Both the position numbers and the translations under genes were made by a program. The notes beneath the pieces were generated by a model. The model was not told the DNA's origin and searched no databases. It was given only the letters and a program-made list of their open reading frames with translations. Below, in pieces: positions 8,968-19,100 of a DNA stretch of 26,080 nucleotides (its first letter is position 1; each line of letters begins with the position of its first letter). Origin of the DNA: a virus (Duplodnaviria; Caudoviricetes). The stretch lies in the IMG/VR virus record IMGVR_UViG_3300006802_000479, positions 1-26,080 of that record; one strand, 5' to 3'.

Positions 8968-11068
8968 TGCTTCTTGCCCCTCCGCCTTGCAGCGGCAATT
9001 CTTTTTGAGCCTGAATCTTTTCCTTCTCGATGTCCATCTTCATAACGTCGCTGATCGTATCCACGACAAGTCGTTGAGCCTCTTGCTCGGTGATCTGACG
9101 CTTCTGAATGTCTGAGAGGACTACCTCCAGCCGCTCTGTCAGTGCCTTGTACATATCGACTTGGCGATCCGTCTTTGCAGCCCGTTCGCTCATCTGTGCT
9201 TTCATTAGCTCGGAGATCGACCGCTCCAGCAATTGCCGCATGTTCTGATTTTCCTGTAGCAGTTGCTGCTCTTGCGGACTCGGACCTTCGCCCAGCGCCT
9301 GTTGCGGAATCATACGACGCATCCGCGCAGCAGCCTCTTCAGCGTTCTCGAAATCTGCCGCTAGGAATAGCAAGTCGCCGAGAATGCCAGCAAGTTCCGG
9401 CGATTGCGTAAGCAGCAGCGTATACGCATTGAACGCCTCTTCGCGCCGCGTGGCGTAGCCCGGACGCACATCGATCTCGACTTCGTACTTGCCGACATTC
9501 GGATTGAAAATCCGGTTTACAACCTCTTGCTTGTGGTTCATGCGCTTTTGAAACGCTTCCGCAGCCTTCGGGTCAACAGTGAGTTGGTAATACGTCGCAT
9601 CTTCCGCTTGAACCATCAACACACGCTTGGTATCAAAAATCTTCGGAAACAGGTCGAGAATTATCTCACCAGTGTACCTAATGGAAGTGCCCAAGTTGTC
9701 GATGAAATGATAAGTCGAGTTTTCGCCCTGCTCCAGCCTTTTGCCAATGGCCTCGCCTGTGCGCTCGTTTCCAGCCTCTCCAAACATGGTGCCGAATTGG
9801 CCAGAGGCTCGCATCATTTCCATCTGCGCTCTATCCATGCCGCCCATCGCCACGGGCGACGAAACTGGAGGCTCCACCCGTTGCGGAGGGGGAACTTGGT
9901 TCCCATGCTCATCAACTGAGTGATACGGCAGATAGGCGTGATTTTTTATATTCGCCGTTCTCCAGACTTCATCGAAGTCCTCAAGCGCTTCCTGCGCAAT
10001 GATCCACGGAGTCTTCGTCTGCAACGCGCCGTACTCGACAGAAGAGCTGGACCAGTAATTATACATACGCTGTGCGTCTTTGAGATTCCGAGTATGACCG
10101 CGAATATCTAGCTTCTTGTCAACGACCATCTCTTCGCCGATGAGAGGCACAATGGGAATGAACTTCCCAGGCCAGTCGTCCTTGGAGACAATCTTTCTTC
10201 CGATCATCACGATGCGCTCGACAGTAACCACTGGCACCTTGCGCATACGCGCTTTGTTCTGTACCATGTAGTTAATGAGTTCTTGCTCCATCTGGTCTTC
10301 CCGAATGAAGCCCTCTTCGCCATTCTCCATCTTCTTAGCAAATAGTCGAAGATGCTTGACTTTCTTCCGCCAATACTCGCAAACTCTTACATGGTCTTTG
10401 CCGAGCCAAGCGTCCCCGCCGATGCCAGCTCCGCGAAATTGCTCGAACGCGCCTTTCTCTTTGTAGCGGGCGTGTTTTTCCTCACACTTATCGTGAGACA
10501 TATCCTCGAAGAGAAACGTGAAACGGCCATCTCGCCGATCAGGGCTGCGAGCATCAGGATCAAAATAGACCATCGAGGGATCATGGATCGGCTCGATTTT
10601 CATAATCTGATCGAAAGTCATTTCGTCGGCGTAATCTGTAGTGACGCGCCAAGCGCCCATACCGGCGTGAATTTGTCTTGTGACCGCACCGTGATACGAG
10701 AGGTCCGCATTGGAGCACCGCTCCACATAACTCACAAGAGCCTGATACGCGCTGGCACTTTCGTAGGAAGCTGGACCGCCAGTGGCCCGCACTTTGATGC
10801 GGGGTCTGCTCTTGCGGATGGAATTTATGATTTCAAGGTTGTGCTGTCGAACCATATTCACAGTGAGACATGGACGATTCTTCCTTGCGCGAAGCACCGA
10901 AGCATCCCACTGATACTGATTGTCTGGATCGCCAAAGGCAAACTTCAAGTCGCCTTCCTGCCGATTCATGCAGCTCTGATACCACTCTTCGGCTTTCTTG
11001 AAGCGAGCTAACGCCTCGACGTAATCAGGACTAAGCTCAGACGTTGATGTTCTTCCTACAACAGCCAT
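8960..11068 (-). CDS. Portal protein, P22-like
   Basis: 702 aa. DLKFA.G...QW, RPCLTVN, GMGAWRVTTDY, VYFDPDA...D..D, WPGKFIPIVPLIG, G.TRNLKDAQRMYNYW, GKYEVEID..PGYATRREEA. Directly follows terL. Confidence 0.93.
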   Translation of the reverse strand: MAVVGRTSTSELSPDYVEALARFKKAEEWYQSCMNRQEGDLKFAFGDPDNQYQWDASVLRARKNRPCLTVNMVRQHNLEIINSIRKSRPRIKVRATGGPASYESASAYQALVSYVERCSNADLSYHGAVTRQIHAGMGAWRVTTDYADEMTFDQIMKIEPIHDPSMVYFDPDARSPDRRDGRFTFLFEDMSHDKCEEKHARYKEKGAFEQFRGAGIGGDAWLGKDHVRVCEYWRKKVKHLRLFAKKMENGEEGFIREDQMEQELINYMVQNKARMRKVPVVTVERIVMIGRKIVSKDDWPGKFIPIVPLIGEEMVVDKKLDIRGHTRNLKDAQRMYNYWSSSSVEYGALQTKTPWIIAQEALEDFDEVWRTANIKNHAYLPYHSVDEHGNQVPPPQRVEPPVSSPVAMGGMDRAQMEMMRASGQFGTMFGEAGNERTGEAIGKRLEQGENSTYHFIDNLGTSIRYTGEIILDLFPKIFDTKRVLMVQAEDATYYQLTVDPKAAEAFQKRMNHKQEVVNRIFNPNVGKYEVEIDVRPGYATRREEAFNAYTLLLTQSPELAGILGDLLFLAADFENAEEAAARMRRMIPQQALGEGPSPQEQQLLQENQNMRQLLERSISELMKAQMSERAAKTDRQVDMYKALTERLEVVLSDIQKRQITEQEAQRLVVDTISDVMKMDIEKEKIQAQKELPLQGGGARSNG

Positions 11069-12412
11069 TTATAACCCCATCCAATCGCTTCCGCTATCCC
11101 CGCCGAGATACTCGTTAAATTTTTTCAGCGTTCTTTGTGCAGGCGTCAAAGAGACAGGCCCTGCTGTTTGTTCATTGCGCAGATGTTTCGGGAGGCGGAT
11201 ACTCATTGCGAGTCCCCGGAAAGCATCAGCAGCGTGAGAGTGTTCATCATGCTTTGGCTCACGGCTGAACTCGCCGTTGTCTTTGACTTCATAGCTATAA
11301 TGCCGCAAGGCTTGAATACCATCTGCGCAAGCGTCTGCGTCAAAGACACAGTTGCGGAAGATCGAGCGCACTGCCTGAATCCCATCAATCAGCCTGTGCC
11401 GGGGCACGATGAGTACCTTGCGCCCTTTGCGCGTCATTTGCTGCTGCACGGACCTGCCCGCTGCTGCAAATTGCCTTGCCTTGGCATCATGCGGAAGCCA
11501 GTCAATGCCGTAGATGTACGGCTTTTCTTGGAGCACCTTCAAATAATGATCCAGGCCCTCGAGTCTATTCTGATAGAAGTCAATGATGCGATACTCGAAG
11601 CCGACTGCTTGCGCAAACCAGACCGAGGTCATATCGCCAAAGCCTAAGTCCCAAAACGTGTGAACTGGATAGTCCCCGTCATATGGAACTCGAGTGAATC
11701 GTTCTTGCGCCAGCGCCTCACGAAGTTCTTTCGCGTAAACCGCGCCCTCGACGACTTGTACGCAGTGGCCTTCCCATACATTCAAGTAAGCGTCATAGTC
11801 ACGCTCCTTGAGTTCGAGCATCTCTTCGCGGAGAACCTCTGGAAACCAAGGATTGTCTCTCCAGTTGACTTTCCGCACAATGGAGTTCTGCGGCGGGCGA
11901 AGCACGAAACGCTTGTAGGTTTCATCCTCTTCGAGTTCCGGGTTGAAACTTACCCAGATTTCGCTTCCAGGCTTGCGGATGGTCGGGACGATGACTTGCC
12001 AGGAGGCTTTACTCACGTTGTTGGCTTCTTCGATCCAGCAAACATCAATGCCCTCGTAAGACTTGATACGAGAGGTATTTGTTTTGATCCCTTCGAAGAA
12101 GAACTCTGTGCCGTCGGCATCTGAGCCTGGACGGCCTCGAATGACTTTTTGCAGCACTTCATAAGTGCCGTTGAGACCCATAGCGTCGATTTGATCCGAG
12201 AGGGTCTTGTGAACTGACTCCGCGATAGAGTTCTGGTACTCGCGAGCGCACAACACGCGAATCGGTCTGTTCATGCCAATTAGGAGTAGCGCTCTAGCGA
12301 AATTCCAAGTCTTAGCACCCCCACGTCCACCGTAGTACACTTTATACCTAGCGGACGTGAAGAGTGCCTGAAACGGCTCAGGAAACTCAATTTTTGTGAC
12401 TTCCTGCGCCAT
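11069..12412 (-). CDS. terL: Terminase large subunit (PBSX-type)
   Basis: Walker A YGGRGGAKT, LCAREYQNSI.ESV, Walker B WIEEA, PTIRKPGSEIWVSFNP, nuclease WDLG..D and HAADAFR. The start is moved from the track's 12472 to ATG 12412 (MAQEV), after the upstream stop at 12418. Confidence 0.95.
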   Translation of the reverse strand: MAQEVTKIEFPEPFQALFTSARYKVYYGGRGGAKTWNFARALLLIGMNRPIRVLCAREYQNSIAESVHKTLSDQIDAMGLNGTYEVLQKVIRGRPGSDADGTEFFFEGIKTNTSRIKSYEGIDVCWIEEANNVSKASWQVIVPTIRKPGSEIWVSFNPELEEDETYKRFVLRPPQNSIVRKVNWRDNPWFPEVLREEMLELKERDYDAYLNVWEGHCVQVVEGAVYAKELREALAQERFTRVPYDGDYPVHTFWDLGFGDMTSVWFAQAVGFEYRIIDFYQNRLEGLDHYLKVLQEKPYIYGIDWLPHDAKARQFAAAGRSVQQQMTRKGRKVLIVPRHRLIDGIQAVRSIFRNCVFDADACADGIQALRHYSYEVKDNGEFSREPKHDEHSHAADAFRGLAMSIRLPKHLRNEQTAGPVSLTPAQRTLKKFNEYLGGDSGSDWMGL

Positions 12413-12417
12413 AGCTG

Positions 12418-12777
12418 TTACGTAGCCAGCGTAGCTTCCAGCAGCTTGATCCAAGCGCCGTCTGCGAAGCAAACGTACAAGCCGAGAGTCTGCTGACCCT
12501 GGGCTACGCCGGTCGCTCCAGCCGTGCCGTGGACAGTGTCAGAGCCGTTGCCGAATACGACTACGTCCTGCGCTGCATCGTCATTTGCAACCCAAACGAC
12601 CGCACGCCGAACTGCCGGAGGCAACACAACGCCATCAGTGTCATTCGCGCTGGAAGTGACATTGTTGAAACCATAAACCAATTCGGGCGACGTGAGCTGA
12701 GTGCCGCTTACTGTCGGCGTAATGTCAGTCTTCGTTTGTGCCCATTGTCCGCCAAGGACTTGACCTCTTCCAACCAT
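12418..12777 (-). CDS. Hypothetical small beta-rich protein (likely virion)
   Basis: 119 aa, AAGGAG RBS, VTSSANDTDGVVLPPA...VVVFG motif. It does not resemble a helical TerS. Confidence 0.65.
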   Translation of the reverse strand: MVGRGQVLGGQWAQTKTDITPTVSGTQLTSPELVYGFNNVTSSANDTDGVVLPPAVRRAVVWVANDDAAQDVVVFGNGSDTVHGTAGATGVAQGQQTLGLYVCFADGAWIKLLEATLAT

Positions 12778-12826
12778 AACAAGTTACTCCTTTTCAGATG
12801 TGATTTTCTTCTTAGCGCCACTTCTT

Positions 12827-12850
12827 ATTATACAGCGGGGCCAGCGCTGT
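12827..12850 (-). promoter_or_regulatory. Possible promoter (-10 TATAAT) upstream of the packaging/head genes
   Basis: Perfect TATAAT on the minus strand at 12827-12832 in a 76-bp gap, overlapping an ACAGCG/CGCTGT inverted repeat (12832-12850). No canonical -35. Confidence 0.3.
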
Positions 12851-12853
12851 CCT

Positions 12854-13162
12854 TTACGGGTCCACCGTAAACAGTGCAATCTCCGATATGAGGCGTTTCG
12901 ATCCATCGACATAAGTTAAGCGCGCAGACCATTCACCCGTTTGATCTACGTCTCCGAGCTGGAACGTGTACGATATGTACTCGTTTGCGGCAAATGTCCC
13001 CGCGGTCGTCGCAACCGGCGTAGCAGGAACGCTTACGCTAGGGTCAGTAACTGTGAGCGTCGTATCGTCGGGCTTGGTGAACTCGAGAGACAGACTTGTA
13101 AAGCCTGACATATTGTAGCTTGTGGACATCAGAAAGTCCACGCCATATTCATTTACATTCAT
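12854..13162 (-). CDS. Small Ig-like (BppU N-terminal-like) virion protein
   Basis: 102 aa, GGAGAGG RBS. LEFTKPDDT...ISYTFQLGDVDQTGEWSARLTY resembles BppU-N-type adaptors. Follows the giant fibre gene. Confidence 0.55.
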   Translation of the reverse strand: MNVNEYGVDFLMSTSYNMSGFTSLSLEFTKPDDTTLTVTDPSVSVPATPVATTAGTFAANEYISYTFQLGDVDQTGEWSARLTYVDGSKRLISEIALFTVDP

Positions 13163-13171
13163 CAGCCTCTC

Positions 13172-16100
13172 CTAACAGAGTCCAACAGTTGTAGCTACTT
13201 GATCCGGCCCGAGGTCTGCACTGACAGCAACTCCCTGTCGATCAGGGTTAGTCAAAGGCAGTTGATCCGTCATAGGCGCGACAACGGCAACCGCCGTTTC
13301 CTCAATATCACCTGTAACCGCCACCGGGAAGTCATACATGGGAACGAAAACAGGGAAACGACAATACTGGCCCACCGCGACTGCAATAGCGTATGTAGTT
13401 ATTTGTAGATCAGCTTGGACCAAAGAAATGTTCGCAGCCGCTCCAGCTGTCACAGTGAGCGCGCTGGTGGAAATCTCCAGATTGCCAGAGACAAGTGCGA
13501 TAGGATGATTGTCTGATACTGAAACGCTTGGCGCCGAGCTGGTGATTTGCAAGTCGCCAGCAGCCAGGGCAATCTCGGTGGTAATTGTGACAGTTACAGT
13601 CGGCGCAAAGCTATTGATTTGCAGATCAGTCGCTATCAGCGACACTGCGTAGCTATTGCTGGACTGCACAGTCGGCGCAGCGGCAGAGATTTGTAAATCT
13701 GCCTGGGCCAGCTGTATAAAGTGGTTGGCAGTAACAGTTGCTGTTGGCGCAAAACTTCCAACCTGCAAGTCCGCTTGCGCGAGACTTACGAAATGACCAT
13801 CGGTGGTAGCAACGCCCGGAGCTGCACTGCTGATTTGCAGATCACTCTGTACCAGTTCAACAACGCGACTATCACTGACTGTAACCGAGGGAGCGCTGGC
13901 AGAAATCTCCAAATCACTTTGGGCCAGGGCTATAAATCTATTGGTAGTGACAGTGACGCTCGGCGCAGAGCTGCTAATTTGCAGATCGCCTTGCACCAAT
14001 AGAATACTCGGTCCAGTTATTTGTAGAACCGGAACAGGCGTACCTTTTATCCAGTAGTCTTGCGGACCTGGGTTAAGGTCTCCTGCAATATATGGTAACG
14101 GCCAACCAGCAAACCAGTAATCAATTCCATAAGGAACTACGTCAGTAGTAACCGAAACTGAAGGGGCAAAGGAATTGATCTGGAGATCGGCCTGGACCAG
14201 CGTAATGTCGTAACTGGTCGTAAGGGTGATCGACGGGGCAGAGCTTGTGATCTGGAGATCGCTTTGCACCAGTGCAACAAAATGACCAGCCCCTGCTGAG
14301 ACAACTGGCGCAAATGCGCTGACTTCGAGATTGGAACCGACCAGGCTAATCTGCTGGTTAGCAGTAGTCGCTACAATTGGCGCGAAAGCGGATATTTCGA
14401 GATTTGCCGCAATCAGTGCAATAAATTGATTAGCAGTAACGGCAGCCGAAGGTGCAAATGTGGCGATCTGGAGATCAGCTTGCACGAACGCGACGGACTG
14501 TACGTCAGACACACTTACGGTCGGAGCTGAAGAGCTTATCTCCAGATTACTCTGCACTGTCGAAACGAAGTGATTGTCGGTGCGACTAATTGTTGGAGCA
14601 GAAGTAGAAATCTGCAAGTCCGCTCTGCTCAGCGTAATTATCTTGTTTTCACCAGTAGCCGGAGCAAAGGACTCTATTTCTAGATTAGCTTGGACGAGAG
14701 CAACAAAGTGGTTGTCACTGACAGCAACAGTTAGAGCAAAACTGCTAATCTGAAGGTCACCCTGAACGAGCGTGACTGCGTGATTAGCTGTGGTGGCAAC
14801 AGTAGGCGCCGAACTTGTGATCTGCAGATCAGCCTGGACCAGCGCAACGAACTGATTTGCGGCAGTTGCCACTGCTGGAGCAGATGAAGTGATTTGAAGG
14901 TCTGCTGCAACGAGAGCAACAAAGTGATTATCCGTCGTCGCAACTGCCGGAGCAAAGGAATTGATCTGGAGATCGGCCTGGACAAAATTTACACTCTGCG
15001 TAACATCTGCTGAAGGCGCGAATGTATTTATCTGTAGATCAGACGCAACTAAATCAATTTCAGTTGTGTCAACAGCAGAAGTTTCTAGTGCAAGCGAAAT
15101 AATATTTGCTTCGCCCGTTGCAGGTATGGACAGCGTTCCGCCCGTAGTAGACCAGCGGCCTGCAACCGTGTAAGTCCCGGCAGATAGAGGAGATGCGGTA
15201 CGAGACACAACGAATATTGCGCCCGTATCTCCAGATCCACTAAATGTCCGTGTGCTGGTTTCTTGATCTACGCCGTTGATGCTGATTGTAAAGTCAGCAT
15301 CGCCCGCAGACGATTTTTGAGCGTCTAGAGACAAAATAGACAGAATATGTCCAGTTATCCCTAAAGTTATCTGATGCGAAGTGCCGTCAATATCTACAAG
15401 CGTTGCACTGGTAGTGCTTCCAGCAGTGCTGTTGTTATGTGACGAAGGTATTTCATAAGTTTGGTCGTGTGCCAGCTCCATACCGAACAAAATGGACGGT
15501 GCAGTAGTGAGGGTTCCACTTTCAGTTCTGTGCTGACCCTTTATAGTTTCAGTGGCGTTTACTGACTTTTGACTTGTTCTTCCAACAACAGCTAGAGCGC
15601 CTACATCGTTCGCGTTGCCTGTAGTTCTTTCGATGTCGAATGTTTCGCCAGCAAAATTAAGAACAACATGGCTTTCTCTATTGTTCTGACTGTGCGTTAT
15701 ACTGGTAGCTATCACACCCATAATATGACTTGCACCAGCCATAGTGAGTTCTTGTGTAAGGCCGTCTATATCTTCATTTACGCCTGAAGTTGTCGTATCG
15801 GAAGCTACTGTGGCATAAACACTGTTGATGTTGTTGCCGCCCGCATCTTCCAACGCCATAGCAGCAAGCGCGACTGCGCTAGAGGTCAGCGTACCTGCGT
15901 CTGTGCGGTGTTCTGCTTTTACGGTGTATGTGCCTGCGGGCAGCGTGCCGCTGCGGAATACATGACCAACTACGCCAAAATCTAACGTAGTTGACATTTT
16001 TCTAGCTATTTCCGGGCTATCGACCCCGTTTATGTCAATAACCCAATAACCTGTGGCTCCCGCACTGGTAGTGCTGCAATCCAACGACATAAACGCGACA

Positions 16101-19100
16101 ATGTTAGCATCGTTGAGAAGCGTGACAGTCGTGCTGGCACCATCAATATCTTCCAACGTAGCTGATGTGGTTGTGTCGGAAGAAACAAATACTTTGCCCG
16201 AATTGATCTGCTGTGGAGGATCTAGCGTCTGAATAAGTGATACTGCAAACGTGTTTATTTGCAGGTTTGCTTGCGCCAGTAAAATTTCGGCGTTTATTGT
16301 GCTTGTTGGAGCAAATGTATTTATCGCCAGATCACTAGCGACAAGCGCAATTGGATGATTATCGGTTGCAGTAGCTGTTACAGCAGAGCTCGTGATTTGA
16401 AGATCAGCTGCAACCAGAGAAATCGTCTGATTTGCCGTGGCCGAAACGGTCGGCGCGGAGCTGCTAATCTGAAGGTCAGCCTGAACGAGAGCGATCTGAT
16501 GATTTGCTGTCGCTGCAACGGTAGGAGCAAAGCTGGTAATCTGTAGATCGGCTTGCGCCAGGCTGACCGTCACATTAGCAGTAGCGCTCACAGTTGGAGC
16601 GTAAGAATTGAACGCCAAGTCCGCTTGGAACAGATTGACGAAGTGATACTCCGTCACGCTGACTGTCGGCACAGACGGCGATATTTCCAGATTGGCCTGG
16701 AGTAGATTTATTTCGTTGTTGGAAGAGACAGTGACTGTCGGCGCATAAGTATTGATCTGAAGATTTGCCAGTACAAGCTGAAGTGCAAATACCCAGCCAG
16801 TATTATTCCCTCCATCCACGTTTCCATCGTGAGTGTAGGCGAGGAATTGAGCGCCGCCAGAGGCACTAGACCAACTGATCGTTGTGTCCGTTAAACTGTT
16901 TACATCAGCCGTATCACTCAGGAAATGCGATGCCGCACTATCGCTTGTTAGCGTGTGGCCTGTAGAAGTTGTGTTCTTAATCTCACCGAGATTAAAAGTT
17001 TCGCCAGCCTTGAAATGAACCGTTCTGCTTGCATCTGTTTTTGCAATATCAAGAGAATTGATCGTTGCGCCATCGCCGCGAAGTAAGAGAACCGCACCAG
17101 CCCCGCTTGTCGAGTTCCAGATATTATTCCAAGTGAAACCTGCGCCGCCAACATAAAACGTATATGTGCTTGCACCTGTCGCAGTTATATCAACGGTTGA
17201 GTTCGTCGCAATTAAAGTTGCGTTTGTCGTTGTCGCTAAATTCATCACCGTTGAAGCGGTGCTTGCTGGCAACGTCACAACGCTATTTTCAATGTCAAGC
17301 GTTCTTGTGTTTGAACCGCTCCAAGCAATGTAATCCGTTGTTACACTATAGCCCGCACTGTCAAATGTCCCTTGCGTAAGTGTTAGATGGCGAATGCTTG
17401 TATCTAAGGCCCCGGCAAGAACAAAATTTGTTCCGCTTGTGATGGTTATATGCTGCGGAATTGAAACTCCGTTTGTCGTTAGTGTCTGAGTCCCGCCGCC
17501 GCTAAATGTCCATACTGACGAACCGGAACTCACGCTCATTCCTGATGAGATTGTTACATCGCCAGTGAATTCTTTATCACCAGAAACAAGTGATCCAGCA
17601 TAGCCTGTGAAATCCAAATCACGGCACAGCAAAGCGTTTGCAGAAAAAGTAAACGATCCCGTTCCTGCGGAAACATTTATGTCGTTAAAAGTTAATTGTG
17701 GCGATGCGTCTAAGCTCATTGTGCGAGCCGAGGTGCTGGCATTTGAAAAATCTATCGTGGAACTTTCTGCATCAAACGTAAGGTTAGAACTATCTGATGT
17801 ATTCCAAACTGTGCTGGTACCAGTTAGCGTCCAAACGCCGTTGCCCATAAGCACCGACCGTGTAGTAGCGTATGATGAATTAAATCTACCTCCGGTTACA
17901 CTAAAATCATTAGCATCAAAACCGCCAGAAAGAACGCCAAAGCCGGTGGCAGCGGTCGCAAACGCATCCTGAAGCTGAATAGTCGATCCTGTCGCACCTG
18001 CAAAAGTTACGCCGTTACTTGCTACGCCACACCAGTCTTTGCCGTTGCTGGTGACCTCCATAATCCCAGCCTGCGGTCTAAAAGCAACATTGTATGATAT
18101 TCCAGATACCGTCATAGACGACGATAGGCGCGCAACATTACCGTAAATATCTAAGCTCGCCTGCGCGACACCGCCATACGCAAGCGTGCCAGTAAATCCA
18201 TTGCAGTCGAAATCTTTACAAAGGGCCGTGTAGCCTGGATTGATTGTTACTGTGCCTGACCCGCTATTTGCATCAAAGAAAACATCATCGCTTGTTGTTG
18301 GGACCGGAGCGCCGCCAGTGCCTCCACTTATGTACGCCCATTTCGTTCCGGCAGTTGCACTCCAAAGATCGGTTCCGCCGACCCAATATCTTTCAAATGT
18401 CTCGACTACAATGGTCGGAGCGTAGCTATTTATTTGGAGATCGGAGGCGATCAGTGAGATTGAACGATTATCGCTCACCGATACGGTTGGAGCGGAACTG
18501 GTGATCTGGAGATTGCTTGCGACAAGCGTAATCTCAGTTTGACCAGCAACAACAGTCGGAGCGGACGAACTGATTTCCAACTGCCCCGTAGACTGCAGCG
18601 GTCCAAACAACCAACCGCTATTACCTCCAGCGTCAGTATTACCTTCATGCGTGTACGCTGTGAAAGTTGCTCCACCAGTTGCGGTCGACTGCTTTACTGT
18701 CGTGCCAGTGACAGAGTTGGTTCCAGTCGTGTCAGATATTGTGTGCGGACTGGCCGCATCACTCTTCGAGCGGATAGTGTGACCAGTGCCGGTAGTTTGG
18801 ATGAGATTGGCTATTGATTGAGTAGACCCAACCTCAAACTCTGTAATCGTGCCGCTACTGCTCTTGGCGATGTCGAGAGTGTCGATAGTGTTGCTGTCAT
18901 TTATGACAACAGTATCGCCAGTGCCTCTGGCGTTTTCTATGGTGTAGTATGTCAGGCCACCGCCGCTAAAACTCTGATAGGCGGTGCCAGCGGTGCCACC
19001 AACATTGGCAAAGCTGATTGTAGAAGTTCCAGCATTAAGCGTCAGACCAGAAGCATTTACAGTCCACGATTGTATAGTTGTAGTGGACGATGCTCTGGTA

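Noticed and set aside
12413-12472. Track's longer terL start (also the longer starts at 1796 and 20557)
   Set aside because: These extensions overlap upstream genes, and downstream ATGs next to the preceding stops fit better. The 20536 versus 20557 choice is less certain.
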